From positions 248,001-312,000 of the forward strand of contig JAUPSS010000005.1 in the NCBI GenBank assembly GCA_040285825.1: 64,000 nt of DNA, in the 5' to 3' direction. The translations under genes were made by a program, and so were the position numbers. Positions 24,213-35,958 of this stretch are shown here, one piece after another (the stretch's first letter is position 1; each line of letters begins with the position of its first letter). This DNA comes from Eukaryota sp. TZLM1-RC. Lineage: Eukaryota > Protista > Metamonada: BaSk clade. Below the pieces are notes generated by a model. That model searched no databases. It saw nothing but the letters and a program-made list of their open reading frames with translations, and had not been told where the DNA came from.

Positions 24213-27137
24213 ATGGAAATAGCAAACAAAATATTTGATGAACTGATCGAAATGGGCTATGCAGTTGAATCTAATTATAAATTCAGCTCTCCTATTGTCT
24301 TAGTTATATACCCTGACGGCAAAAAACCCAGGTTAACTGGAGACTTCAGCGGTAAAGATGGAGTTAAGGCCCACACGATTTCAGTAGAGCCTAATCTACC
24401 TAGGATTAGTGATATATTAGAATTTTTGAGTAGAGCAAATTACATCGCCACGCTTGATTTACCAAAAGCTTTCTGGCAGATGAATGTTGCTGAGAAGGAT
24501 ATTGAGAAAACATCAATTTCAATCCCTGGAAGATCAATTATGTTTAAAAGAGCTTGCTTCGGATTAAAGAACATCCCAGCAGTTTTTCAAAATGTAATGA
24601 TGGAAATATTCCAAATTGATGGCGTTTTTATATATATTGATGATATCATAATAGTTGGAACGACTTTCGAAGAATTCTATAAGAGATTACAAAGAGTCCT
24701 CCAATGCGCCAGAAATAGACGTGTAAATATAGGCTTACGTAAATGTAAATTCGTAACATCAAAACACCCTATCGACATTTTAGGAAGTACCTTCCAGGAT
24801 AAAACTAGATTTATAAGTAAGAAAAAAATCGAAGCCTTGATGAGAATCCCTAGACCAAAAACAGTGAAAGAAGTTCGCTCATTGGTAGGATCCATCAATT
24901 ATATTAGAGATTGGCTTCCAGGTATATCTGAATTAATTGCTCCAATTAACGAGCTAATTAAAGGAAAACCCAGAATAATTAAATGGACTTGCAAGCATGA
25001 CGATTACTTAAAACAAATAAAAGACCTAATAGTAAACCACATGCCCCTTGAATTACCAGCTCCGGGCAAGCGAGTATTGATAAGTACTGACGCTTCAGAT
25101 GTAGCAGTAGGAGGTGTTATTTGGCAAGAAATTGAACCCTACTCCCCTGCAGGAACCCCGCTAAATAAAAGGAAAGTGAAACCTTTGTCATTCTATAGTA
25201 GATTACTTACAGAAACACAAAGAAAATGGTCCACTTTACAAAAAGAATTATACGCAATACTTCTGATTTTAACTGAAAGTTGTTTAGAAAGCTACTTGTT
25301 AACTAGACATTTAACAATTTTCACAGATCATAAAAACATTGCATTCCTGGCTACAGCCCCAGAGAAAAATAGAATTGTAAAGAGATGGCTGCCGATACTA
25401 TCTGAATTCGACTTTGACATAGTCCACGAACCTGGTGAAGACAACCATTGGGCAGATATGTTATCGAGGAATATTGATTTGGATCAAAACGAGGAAACTC
25501 CTTCTATTTGTAGTATAAATATACCAGACACTTTACTTTCAAATTACGAGATACCTCCACTAGACGATGATTCTGATTCGGATCTTGAAGACATCCCTTC
25601 AATCTCATCTCTAAGTAGACACCAAGACCTACCTATTTTTTCTTCTTGGCTGACTAAGATAAGATCTGAACAACAAATAGCCAAAAACAACAACGACTCT
25701 TTATTTGATAACGCAATTCTAGATGTAAACACTCAAATTTGGAAAAATAATAAAAACAAAATTTTGATTCCAAAGAGCCTCAGAAAACAGGCACTATTAT
25801 TAATACATGGTTTGGTTCAATCTGGTCACCCCAGCAAAAACGATAGTTTACACAAACTGTCCAAAAGCGATTTCTACTGGCCCAATATGAGAAATTACCT
25901 TATTAATCATGTCAAAAGATGCCCAACTTGTCAAAAAACGGCTCCAGTTAAAAGATCAAAAACACCTTCCACTGGATCTTTATGGGCAGATCGTCCTTTT
26001 GCCAGATTAAATGTCGATACAATTGGACCCCTAAATTCTGACAACGAAGGAAATAAATATCTATTAGTATTTGTAGACTCTTTTACTGGATATACAATTT
26101 TAGTCCCTCTAAAAGAACTCAATGCCTTAGAAACCGCAGATGCCTTGATTTGGAATGTTTGCGCTATCTTCGGCATACCTATGTTAATTCATAGTGATAA
26201 TGGACCTGAGTTCGCCAATGAGACTTTCAAAATAGTGTGTAACAGATTAGCGATTGAGATGAGTAACTCAATTCCCCACTATTCAGAAAGTAATGGACTT
26301 GTAGAACGTAAACATAGAGACGTTCTTCAATGCTTAAGGAAACTATTAATAGATTTCAATGATTACGGAAATTGGTCTACATACGTACCTGTATCCCAAC
26401 TATTAATAAATTCTACTAAAAGCAGAAAAACTGGTTTTACCCCATACGAACTCATGTTCGGTTCTTCGATTAGTCCAAGAACAGACCCTGCTAATATATT
26501 AGGAAATTTATCCAAATTTGAAACTAATATCCCTTTATTAGATGACTTCAAAATGAAAAACACTCGTCTACAAGAAAAAAGGGAAGAAGCAGAGCGTCAC
26601 CAAACATTAAATACTCCGTCTTCAGTAGATAATACTAATTCGTGTTTTATAGTATTTAATATTGGTGACTACGTCTTACGTAAAACCAAGCAAAATAATA
26701 AATTGCATGGATCTTGGAATGGACCATTTTTAGTTATTGACCTTCCTTCCAAATCCACTTTATTATTGAAGAATCTTACTACTGGCACAGAATTAAAAGC
26801 TGCCAAGAAAGATTGCAAAATCTATAACGCAGAAAATCCACAGGACATTGAATTCCTCAAGGCAGTCGCTGCAGGCGATTCCGAAAAACACGTTATAGAG
26901 AAAATCCTCTCAGAATACCACTCTGATTCAGGTAGTTTCTGTACTGTTCAATGGTTTGGCGGTGAGACAACAGAAGAGCCACTCCATTCGGTTAGACACT
27001 CAGAAGCTTATAAGTTATTTAGTAAGGATAACAAGAAAATTGGTAAACGTACCACTAGTCGACGACAAGGTACCTCCAATGAGTCTACGCCTTCTAAGAA
27101 GCCTAGACGCAGTAATAGAATTAGGAAGAGGAGCTAA
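24213..27137 (+). CDS. Gypsy pol: RT, RNase H, integrase, chromodomain-like C-terminus
   Basis: LDLPKAFWQ, YIDD, TDAS, HHCC, D..DNG..E, and IEKIL..VQWFGGETTEEP. Confidence 0.95.
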   Translation: MEIANKIFDELIEMGYAVESNYKFSSPIVLVIYPDGKKPRLTGDFSGKDGVKAHTISVEPNLPRISDILEFLSRANYIATLDLPKAFWQMNVAEKDIEKTSISIPGRSIMFKRACFGLKNIPAVFQNVMMEIFQIDGVFIYIDDIIIVGTTFEEFYKRLQRVLQCARNRRVNIGLRKCKFVTSKHPIDILGSTFQDKTRFISKKKIEALMRIPRPKTVKEVRSLVGSINYIRDWLPGISELIAPINELIKGKPRIIKWTCKHDDYLKQIKDLIVNHMPLELPAPGKRVLISTDASDVAVGGVIWQEIEPYSPAGTPLNKRKVKPLSFYSRLLTETQRKWSTLQKELYAILLILTESCLESYLLTRHLTIFTDHKNIAFLATAPEKNRIVKRWLPILSEFDFDIVHEPGEDNHWADMLSRNIDLDQNEETPSICSINIPDTLLSNYEIPPLDDDSDSDLEDIPSISSLSRHQDLPIFSSWLTKIRSEQQIAKNNNDSLFDNAILDVNTQIWKNNKNKILIPKSLRKQALLLIHGLVQSGHPSKNDSLHKLSKSDFYWPNMRNYLINHVKRCPTCQKTAPVKRSKTPSTGSLWADRPFARLNVDTIGPLNSDNEGNKYLLVFVDSFTGYTILVPLKELNALETADALIWNVCAIFGIPMLIHSDNGPEFANETFKIVCNRLAIEMSNSIPHYSESNGLVERKHRDVLQCLRKLLIDFNDYGNWSTYVPVSQLLINSTKSRKTGFTPYELMFGSSISPRTDPANILGNLSKFETNIPLLDDFKMKNTRLQEKREEAERHQTLNTPSSVDNTNSCFIVFNIGDYVLRKTKQNNKLHGSWNGPFLVIDLPSKSTLLLKNLTTGTELKAAKKDCKIYNAENPQDIEFLKAVAAGDSEKHVIEKILSEYHSDSGSFCTVQWFGGETTEEPLHSVRHSEAYKLFSKDNKKIGKRTTSRRQGTSNESTPSKKPRRSNRIRKRS

Positions 27138-27267
27138 TTCTTAGTTTATATCGAATATTTATATTATATCGATTATATGTATTTATTTATAGTTATTTCG
27201 TTATTTGTATATAGTTTTTGTTTCATATTCATATAAGCTGATTTATTTTGAAAAAGGGAAGAAGCAG

Positions 27268-27346
27268 TGTTGGCGCCCTAAGGCTTATATAATATGAATG
27301 GAAAATAAATCAGACTTTTCTTTACTACAATAGACTTTAGGCAACA
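27268..27346 (+). repeat. 3' LTR (79 bp)
   Basis: Preceded by polypurine tract GAAAAAGGGAAGAAGCAG and followed by TSD GTTT. Confidence 0.95.
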
Positions 27347-27588
27347 GTTTGTCTTCTTTTCGCAGTGTTCTTTTCAAAATAGTTCATCTTGTTTGATAAC
27401 GAAAGTTCCTCGCCGTTTTGGATAACTGCTCTCAGATATTCTATTTTTGACAGTAATGCGAATCAGACTTAATCTACCTCCTCATCAATGCTTATCAGAT
27501 ACGAAATGTAAATGTGGTGCTTATGCTCCTTTTGAAACACATTATTTTCTGTTGTAAATTCATTCAAAAAAGATCAATTATCCACAAA

Positions 27589-27701
27589 TGTTGCATTATG
27601 GAGGATGAATTTATTTTACCCTTCTTCTTAATACACTTTTGACCCTATGGCGTTGTTTAGGACCCCTCCAAAATCATCTCAGGGATTCCTTGGAGCCAAC
27701 A
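27589..27701. mobile_element. Probable solo LTR (113 bp)
   Basis: TGTTG..CAACA ends; flanks CAAA/CAAT; removal restores the CRE peptide IIHNTVRD. Confidence 0.75.
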
Positions 27702-28096
27702 CAATACAGTTCGTGATTGTATTTATGTCTCTTAAAGTGTGCTTATCATCCAGTTTGTTGAGAACCTCTGTTTGATAAATTAAATTTAAGCTTGGGCCAA
27801 AAACAAGCTGATGTTGAATGTGCTTGGTATGATGGAACTTAAGTAATTATCGATTGTACTACCGTATCTCCCTGGAAAAGAAGTTCCAATTCTGACATTC
27901 GAGATTTACTCAAATTTGCAGAGCTTTCCAAGAAATCAAAATACGAAGCCCTACTGCAACGTCTTAACGGAGCAAGAGGCAGAAACATCAAATTTGTCCC
28001 AATTGCTACATCAATTTTTGCTACCCTTGGAATTGAAGGTCTCAATTTTTTAGATGATTTAGGAAAACTTCTCAAGGAAAGTGGTCGTACTGATGC

Positions 28097-29820
28097 TGTT
28101 GACATAATAAACAGAAAAAGGATAAGAATTTTTATTAAATTCACTGGCCGTCACTAGTAAAGTCTATACTAGACTAATTGTCTACAGTACAACACTACCT
28201 TTCCCCTCTCTTAGATCTCATACAACAGCTATAAGAATTCACTGCAAAGGGTTTAGTCTTAGATTTAGAATCGGAATTCACTTTCCGTTTTCTGGAAGTG
28301 CGAGGGCCAAGGGTACGCAAATATGATTGGTATGCCTCAGTGCTTTTGACGTCAGTAACTGGGACAGACAATGTCCCGCCGCCATACCAAACTGCGGTAC
28401 AATAAGGAACTTTATTATTATTCGAGTCTATAAGATCGAAGTGATCTGTAATCTTAATAATTATTGATTCCTCCATATCACCGGCAGCAATGTTGTTATG
28501 CCAATCTATATCTTCTTTGGGGAAGTCAGAGAGGTGTAGTTTACAATGATTACTTGCCATAGACATCGACCCAGTGACAAGATTCTTGGGTAATAAACTT
28601 TTATTGGATTTAACTTCAATGAGAAAAGGGCCAGCGAAGCAACCATGGAGTTTTCCATTAGTCTTTAATACCAAAACTAAGTCACCTTTATTAAAAGGTT
28701 TCTTATGTTTGTTAAGTTCAGGCAGTTGATGAGCTTGCCTGAGCTCTGCCTCTTTTTTCTTTTTTGAAATCCTTTCAAGTTTTGCTTCAAGATCTTAAAC
28801 CAAGGGAATATTAAAACTAGCTGATTTTATTAGTTCAAACATATCACTAGGATCAGCTCTAGGGCTGTGATCGCTACCAAACATTAAATTGTAGGGTGAA
28901 TGACCAGTAACTTTACTAATAGTTGAATAAATTTGAAGTTGTACAATTGGGATATATTCGCTCCAATTGCTGTAATCCCCAGAGTCCACCAAAATCTTTC
29001 TTAGACTTTGTAAAATGTCTCTGTGACGTCCTTTTACTAGACCGTTGCTTTGTGCAAAGCCAGTTAGTGAACGACTTACTTCAATATTTAATAGATCGCA
29101 TAACCCTTTGAAAATGGCATTTGCAAATTCAATACCATTGTCACTGTGAATTAACAGTGGGATACCAAAAACTGATTACTACACTCCATAAAAGGTGATT
29201 AATTGCCTCCACTGCATTCAATTTCTCTACAGGGCAAATGATCGTATACCTAGTGAACGAATCTACAAAAACCATTATCATCCTGTTGTAATGGTCCAAT
29301 AGTGTCTGTGTTTAATCGTGCAAAGGACGATCAGCCCAAAGAGAGCCAGATGATTGAATGAACTGTAGTACGTATTACTAACGTATTCATTACCAGTACG
29401 TTGACCGGACTCCATAAAAACTATGCCATTCTGCGATAACCTTACTTTCGATCATAACTCCCAAATATAAAGGGTCCTATCCGAAAAACATTGATCTAAC
29501 AAAGTCGTACTGATGAACAGGTGGATCATATTTGGTGATCGTTGTAAATGCTTTGGTGGGTCCATCGCTATTCCTAACCGTTTTTGACAAATTGCCAAAG
29601 TTAAGTACGAAGTCGAAGATCTTCTTCGCATCAAACGCTTCGTTTAACTGACTTAGACATCTGAGTTTGTCGTCGATTTTTTTCCTCAATTTCTCCTCGT
29701 GTGTTACAGGTGTTCTGTAAAGACCGAGGGTGTCGACAAGAGAATCTCTAGGAACATTCGTTTCTAGGGGTGGCGTAGGTTTAGTGGGATTATCTACAGA
29801 TGCTTGTGTAGGAGTTACTT
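28097..29820 (-). mobile_element. Second, internally deleted Gypsy (gag remnant, integrase/chromo remnant, ~98-bp 3' LTR at 28097-28194)
   Basis: YDPPVHQYDF resembles gag GPPIHHYDL; IHSDNG, GHSPYNLMFG, KLHGCFAGPF, AAGD; purine tract GAGAGGGGAAAGGTAG then TGTTGTA. Confidence 0.85.
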
Positions 29821-29827
29821 CACAAGA

Positions 29828-30420
29828 AGAAAAGAAGAAACAACAAACTTAAGCTTGAGTAAATAAATGTAATAATGAAAGCTGTTGACTAAAGGTATTA
29901 TTAATAGTGATTCGGTGAAAGACTGATGACGTGACATGACGTGGCATTGGTTCTTTTAAGGATTGGTGTGTGATAGGAGGCGGAGCTCAATGTGTACAGA
30001 CAACATGAACGGGCATGAACTTCAGGAGCAGTGGAGAGGACAGACTTTCCTTGTGCAGTAAATCTGTTGAAAAGTTCTCGGCAAAGAGTGGTCAGCATCG
30101 TGACGGCAAAGAGGAGAGACCATTGACACATCTATAAACGAGACGTTGATCAAAAAAACATGTAAATTTTGTGGAACCGCAACACGGTTTGATTTCCAAT
30201 TGTTAAAGAGCGAATTTCAAATCCAGACAGGTTTTCACATCATGACCACTTTTGTCCAAGACATAATGACACTCTCAAATTCAATTTGTTGTAATTTACG
30301 AATTATTACGGTTTTTTATCGAATAAGAGAACCAATGACCAGAAAACAAGCATATCAGGACTTTGTAGAGAAAATTTTGGTTCACTGATTTTAGTCAGCT
30401 TATTTTAGTTCAATAAAATA
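29828..30420 (+). mobile_element. Candidate bipartite non-autonomous retroelement, copy 2
   Basis: ~350-bp head homologous to 18075-18428, then the family A tail (RIREPMTRKQAYQDFVEKILVH*) and AATAAA. Confidence 0.6.
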
Positions 30421-30911
30421 TCTTCTGGTCATCACAAACTTACTTCTACTTTAGTGCTACAAAAAGTCTTAGTTGAACCGTAGAATTTACAGATCATTAC
30501 CCCTCCAACTCGCCACCTTTGTTTCAAGCTCAATGTATTCTCATGTTTACTGAATCGTTGATTATTTATTTCAGTGTGTGTTATGGGACTTGAATAGAAC
30601 AAACAACTTTTGTGTTTACATCAGCTTAGGTCACAAACACTGGTGATATGCCATAAAAATTTTTGATTAATATTATTTGAAAAAACAATTTATTGGTGTT
30701 CAGCAATGGCATTGTGCGACTGTAAAAAGATCCGCAATTAAGCCAACCTGCAATAATGCATATAGTTTCCACCTTTGGTGCTTGTTTGTTATAATTTTGT
30801 TAGTGATCAGTTAGGGAAAGTGTTTTTCAAGCCTACTTTGAATGTAAAGATTATTAATAATCGATCGTATTGAAATTCATTTATATATTTTGCCTTAATG
30901 ACTAAAACTGG

Positions 30912-31205
30912 TTATTTTAAACCATAAACAAATTCTTCAACGTATTCGTGTTTACAATCACCAGAATTTTCACAAGAATAAATGAGTAAAGAGGTAAAAT
31001 CTACATAGTCTGTGTTACCTAAATAAATAATTGATGGTAGAACTTGAAATTCAAATACCCTTTTGGAGCCACAAAAGGAACAATTAGGAACTGAGAAATT
31101 TGGTTGTGGACAAGGCCACAAAGGTTGACCATCAAAACACTATCGAATAATTTGTTTAGAGTTTCGGCAAAATCGCGTGGAAAATTCAGCAAAAAATATT
31201 ACAGC
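30912..31205 (-). pseudogene. PDCD2/TSR4-like C-terminal domain fragment
   Basis: FAEFSTRF..QIIR*CFDGQPLW..CSFCGSKRVFEFQVLP..DFTSLLIYSC..YVEEFV; in-frame stop and no N-terminus. Confidence 0.75.
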
Positions 31206-31525
31206 TCCAGACACTATTGAGCTGCCACATCGTTTAAGATGGACTGATATCTTCTTGACTACCTTCTTTTTAGTTCCTCCCTGTCTTCTGTTAGCACTTG
31301 ATGAGGATATGCAACTTTTAATAATATAATATAACAATACAATAACTTGTGATATAAACAATCTGAAAGATATGCAATTTTTTTCTAAAGAAAATGTTCC
31401 TCGTTTTTGCTCTTGGATCATTTCTTTTTCATCTTTTTTGCTTTCTTTCATTCTTTTTTGCCAGAATTATATCCTTAGACTAATTCTGTACTGAGACTTA
31501 TTACTTCCAGCAGTGTATTTTTCTC

Positions 31526-32422
31526 ATGTTATCAAGGAAACGACGGGTTGTCCTTGATTCCGATGAAGAAGACTATACCCCGACACAAAAACTTCATGTA
31601 ACATCTGTATACAGCTCTTCAGAGGAAGAACCGTCTACTTCTTCATCTTCTGAGGATGAAACAACTTCCTCCATTCTGTTCTATAGGCAAATAGATATGG
31701 GTTCTCCTAAGCAGGAGGCAACCCCTTCAGAACCTTTTGAGAACTCGTTTGCTATTTTCTTGAGGTTTATAGCTTACGTAGTATCTCACAATGGAGTGTT
31801 ACAGGAGTTTAAGGACGATTCATTACAGTATATAAAAGTACATGTTAAGCGTGTCCAAGAACAATGTACAACGTTGGCCAGAATAGCAGGATCAAATACT
31901 TGGAATAAAAAGTACACAAAAATGCTTCGAACTAGACCCTACATGCAGTTGGTCTATACTGACACAGGACCTTTAAATGAGAACTGTGTTGCGTGTAATA
32001 GACCACTTGTCTCAAAGGAACAATTTCAGTTACGTCTAGATGGACCAGAAATTAGTCCAAATGCCAGCTGGTTTGATTCTTTCGACAATAGCCTGGATGA
32101 GACCTTTGAACCTCCAACACAACACTATCTGGGTGAAAACTGTGCATATCGTACCTATAACTTTCATAGATTATACCATTTTATACACATGATCTATGAG
32201 CAAATAGCGGAGTTCAACCTGACACTTCACGAGATAGACCACATTGACTTAGACTCTGTTGTTTTTGCTAGTATGTTTCGCCGGTACAAGAAGATAAAGA
32301 AGTTGCCGGAACCGAAGTCAGACCAGCAGCATCCTCTCCTCAGAATAGGTGTATCATCCTTTAGTTCAATTCCCAATATTGTTCAAGTGTCTTCTGAATA
32401 TGGTGAGGAAGATTCTGATTAG
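31526..32422 (+). CDS. DUF4211/CCDC82-like protein
   Basis: Acidic N-terminus; W....KMLRTRP, CVACNR, YLGENCAYRTYNFHRLYH. Confidence 0.7.
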   Translation: MLSRKRRVVLDSDEEDYTPTQKLHVTSVYSSSEEEPSTSSSSEDETTSSILFYRQIDMGSPKQEATPSEPFENSFAIFLRFIAYVVSHNGVLQEFKDDSLQYIKVHVKRVQEQCTTLARIAGSNTWNKKYTKMLRTRPYMQLVYTDTGPLNENCVACNRPLVSKEQFQLRLDGPEISPNASWFDSFDNSLDETFEPPTQHYLGENCAYRTYNFHRLYHFIHMIYEQIAEFNLTLHEIDHIDLDSVVFASMFRRYKKIKKLPEPKSDQQHPLLRIGVSSFSSIPNIVQVSSEYGEEDSD

Positions 32423-33539
32423 CCTTTTATTTACCAATATTGATACTGTATTTGAATGTATCCAATGTATCCAGCAAACTTATATATTTAAATTTTTCAG
32501 TCAAATTAGCTTTTAAAAATACAACTCATAAAACTCTATTGAAATTAACAAAATGTTATGTGGACCAAGGGATTTCCCCGGATTTGCCCAATGTAATTAC
32601 ATTTTTCAACGAATTATTCCCTAAAATCATGGACCCAATTTGTTGGTAGTAATAATGGTTACAAGTGGATGTTCTTATCTGTGAATGCTCATATTAGCAA
32701 ATGCCTTCGAACATAGTATTTAAAACAAATAAATGTCAATTGAATCTTCGTCAAAGTTCTCTTCACCACCACAGACACCTGCTTTATCCTCTTTCACTTC
32801 ATTTCGACAAGGAGAAAACACAGAGAACACTGTGGTGTTTAGGGAATGTTGATCAGAATTTGATTTACCTATAGCATGTGTCTAGGTTGCTTTACACAGC
32901 GTATCTATTCATCAAGATTTAAACTGACAAAATTATTAACAAGAAATGTACAGACGCTTTCAGAAGGTGAAATTTGAGATTTTTGATCAACTATTATAGG
33001 AAAATAGAGTTGGCTGAATTTGAACCATCTGTAATTATTAAAAGTAAATTGATCAATGTAGCTGCGTCAACTATCATTTGATTATTTTGGAAATTCACTT
33101 ATACAATTCTGTCCTGCTCCTCAGACAGAAGCCGAATGCAGAAGATTTATAAAAGAGTTAGCAAAAGAGAGGTGAAAGGAACAGAATAAAGGAAAAGTTC
33201 AGCAAAACTTGGTTGAGGGTCAAAAATTTACTAGAGTGGGTAACTTGGGTTACGTTGAATGGTTTGTAGTATTTTCCTTACGTGTCAAATACCCTTTATA
33301 TTGCTTAACCTGTGTGTTGACGCTCCCATTATTGTTTGTCTGACAATTATTTCAAAATTGACAGTCAAAGGCCCTTTTTCAAAACTACAAAAGATAAATT
33401 GAATCTTAAAGAAACTTTTGTCACATAACTGTTAGGCAGTAAATGTATGCATTGCGGACATGAACTATAAAAGGGACAAACTTGTAGTTAATGACAGTAT
33501 TGGGAATAATCAAGGTAAAACTGTACGAGAATCTAATTA

Positions 33540-33890
33540 TAGAAACCCTCTTTTAGAAACCTGCTTTTGCTAATTTTTTGATTGATTTGAAGGAGAGTTC
33601 ATCTGCAGTTTTGTTGAATCAAATTCTCCAAATTTTGGCTTATTTTTAAATGACGACCAATGGACTATTGCAATGATAATGCGTTGTTATTTGTAGCTTT
33701 GTAATTTACCCAATGATTTGTTTTGCAAGTGTGTAGCTGGTTTGACATTATCACATTTATTCAAATGCAACAGCTTTACTTCATATTGTTGTACTTTGCA
33801 TGATGCAGTCAGAAATCAAATCCATGCAATGTGTAATTCCTGTCATATTGAATCATTTGTAGAACCTTAGTTGAGGTCCCTTCATGTAAA
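33540..33890 (+). mobile_element. Degenerate CRE-like fragment (family D-like)
   Basis: FGLFLNDDQWTIAM..LPNDLFCKC..LSHLFKC..HDAVRNQIHAMC with stops. Confidence 0.75.
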
Positions 33891-33955
33891 TGAAAACATA
33901 AGAGATTCAGAATATTGCAGAATTAACATTCCCAAATTCTGTCTCCTGAATTAGT

Positions 33956-34026
33956 TTGATTCATTTCAACTATATCACCACTAATCTTAACAGCATTACA
34001 ACTTTTTGTGATATTAGCCGATGTCC
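33956..34026 (+). promoter_or_regulatory. Shared promoter/leader module upstream of NSE1, including ATGTCC
   Basis: Homologous to 35953-36032 (minus strand) and 9442-9521. Confidence 0.65.
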
Positions 34027-34734
34027 GGTTTTCCAAAAGGCTGTAGCGAGGCCTTTTTCAATCTTCTAAACCGGGGTACACTTTCTTTATCCGAGTTTGA
34101 CTCTCTTTTGGCTGATGACTCTCTTAATGCTCTCTCTGCTGTCACAGGCATCAACACCTTCCTTCAGGAACTTCACTATTCCACTCGTATTGTCAACACA
34201 ATTTGTCCCTACACTGAGAAACAGTTCGTCACCATTACTTATCCTTCTAATAAGGTGTATAAAACTAATTTCTCTCCTGCCCAAGTACTCTACTTTCGCG
34301 AGATTCTCACTCACTTCCTCAAGATGGACAATGAAGACAAGCTGGCTGACTGGGGTGACGTTCTTTCTCTTGTTGATGAGGTAGAGGGGTTCAAGATAAC
34401 CTTAACTCAAGCAGAAAGCTTTCTCCAACAGTTTATCACACATCATTTTCTAAGAGAATGCCATATCGGTAATGGAACTCAACTTGGCCTTGGTGTACGG
34501 GCTCTCAGTCAGTTTGAAAAGGAAATAGATGAGTCAAGTCCACGTTGCTTGATTTGTCACGAATCGTTATTCACAGGAGTTAAGTGTAATGAGTGTTCAG
34601 CAATTCTTCACAAGTCTTGCTTTTTTGACCTATTCCAGGCCAGAAATGGTAGAGTTATGAACTGTCCACAGTGTCGACAAACGTTTAAACCATTGGAAGA
34701 ACTTGAAACTTTAGCAGCTTCTTTGGCAAGGTGA
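34021..34734 (+). CDS. NSE1: NSE1 (SMC5/6 RING subunit)
   Basis: Winged-helix region with QAESFLQQF and LGVRAL; C-terminal C4HC3 RING CLICHE..C..C...HKSC..CPQC. Confidence 0.85.
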   Translation: MSGFPKGCSEAFFNLLNRGTLSLSEFDSLLADDSLNALSAVTGINTFLQELHYSTRIVNTICPYTEKQFVTITYPSNKVYKTNFSPAQVLYFREILTHFLKMDNEDKLADWGDVLSLVDEVEGFKITLTQAESFLQQFITHHFLRECHIGNGTQLGLGVRALSQFEKEIDESSPRCLICHESLFTGVKCNECSAILHKSCFFDLFQARNGRVMNCPQCRQTFKPLEELETLAASLAR

Positions 34735-34983
34735 TTTTGTTTTCAATTAAATTTGATTTGTTTATTTTAATTCAAGTTTAATTTTTGTGTTTTATTGGCA
34801 GTTGTTGAAAAAACGATTTGCTGATTTTGATTAAGATTCTCAAAACAAATTATTACCAACCATGATGGTGTTTAAGTATAAGATTATTTTAAAATTTGTG
34901 TATCTCTATAAATTCAGGCTATAAAAATATTATTTAGTTAAATAATTTGTTATTAAAATACATATATCAAAAAAAACTTGGCA

Positions 34984-35958
34984 TTATTTCGCCTTACTTA
35001 ACACTTTCCGCGCACGAGCAACAACCTTTCTTTCACTTGGCTTTAGTACATTACTGACTTTCTTCTTCTTCTTAGTTCTGTCGTCTCTTGGTGTGGGATG
35101 CCTGGCATGTCTTTGGGTCATGGTAGCGGAAGGCATCACATCACCAAGGTCAGAATCAAACGTGATTTCATTGAGAGGTTCATCAACAACCGTAGAGTTT
35201 ACAGTCGAATATAACTGACTGATTAGGTCATTGAAACGATGGTCAATAAAAGTCTTGATTGATGACGTTTGCCTTGTTGAATTTTCAACTTCTGATTTGA
35301 TTGATTTCAAAAGTGTCAATATTGAACTAGAATTTTGATCCAAAGATGCTGATTGTGATGAATTCTGATATTTTGCCAACTCTTTGACACAAATTTGGTA
35401 CTTTTCATTTAGTTGTTGGTATTTTTCCTGTTCAGCGGAAAGTTGTTGACCGTAATCATAATCAACTTTTTTGGCAGCTTCCATCAATTTTGATAGTTGT
35501 CCTTGTAATTGAGAAACTTTTTCAGCAAATGATTTTTCCTGAAAAGTCAACGACTTTTTGAGCTCATCACGTTCGCTGCTGACGTCATCTAGTTGACCAG
35601 ACAAGATTGAACACTTTTCTTCAAGTAATGATATCTTGGATTGACTCTGAGACAATTGGTGCTCCAGTTGTTCGACTTGAGATGGATCCGAATGTGAGTC
35701 TCTTGGTTTGACTTGTTCTTTGGATGTGTTTTTGAGATGGGGCATGTTGAGAATGTCAGTGGCTCGGGAAAGTTCACGTTCAAGGTTGGTCATCAATGCT
35801 TGAGTTTCCGCATCAAAGCCAAGAGAGTCTGAATGAGAAGAACGAACGGACTGGGATATGTTCCTATGTGTTTCATTGAAGGATGACCTAGGCGGGGGTA
35901 ATTCGCCTATATCATCATCTGACAACATCAAAGGCGATGAAGGATCTTCGTTGGACAT
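34984..35958 (-). CDS. Coiled-coil protein with basic NLS-like tail, unknown function
   Basis: 324-aa ORF with heptad-rich middle and KKKKK tail. Confidence 0.8.
   Translation of the reverse strand: MSNEDPSSPLMLSDDDIGELPPPRSSFNETHRNISQSVRSSHSDSLGFDAETQALMTNLERELSRATDILNMPHLKNTSKEQVKPRDSHSDPSQVEQLEHQLSQSQSKISLLEEKCSILSGQLDDVSSERDELKKSLTFQEKSFAEKVSQLQGQLSKLMEAAKKVDYDYGQQLSAEQEKYQQLNEKYQICVKELAKYQNSSQSASLDQNSSSILTLLKSIKSEVENSTRQTSSIKTFIDHRFNDLISQLYSTVNSTVVDEPLNEITFDSDLGDVMPSATMTQRHARHPTPRDDRTKKKKKVSNVLKPSERKVVARARKVLSKAK

Larger units (their letters stand above)
20163..27346 (+). mobile_element. Full-length Ty3/Gypsy LTR retrotransposon (7.2 kb) with chromodomain-like integrase tail; gag/PR disrupted
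   Basis: Identical 79-bp LTRs (TGTTG..CAACA); 4-bp TSD GTTT at 20159-20162 and 27347-27350; PPT 27250-27267; order gag-PR-RT-RH-IN. Confidence 0.96.
19560..28096 (+). mobile_element. Decayed CRE-like family E copy (pieces about 19560-20162, 27351-27588, 27702-28096) hosting three LTR insertions
   Basis: KHIKF..HGGIGL..AFLGG before the Gypsy; SSCLITKVPRRFG, CKCG, RSIIH|NTVRD and RLE motifs after it. Confidence 0.75.

Noticed and set aside
30912-31451. Stop-codon reassignment suggested by TAG at a conserved Tyr position of the PDCD2-like fragment
   Set aside because: Intact genes end in TAA, TAG and TGA with no internal stops; a point mutation in a pseudogene is simpler.
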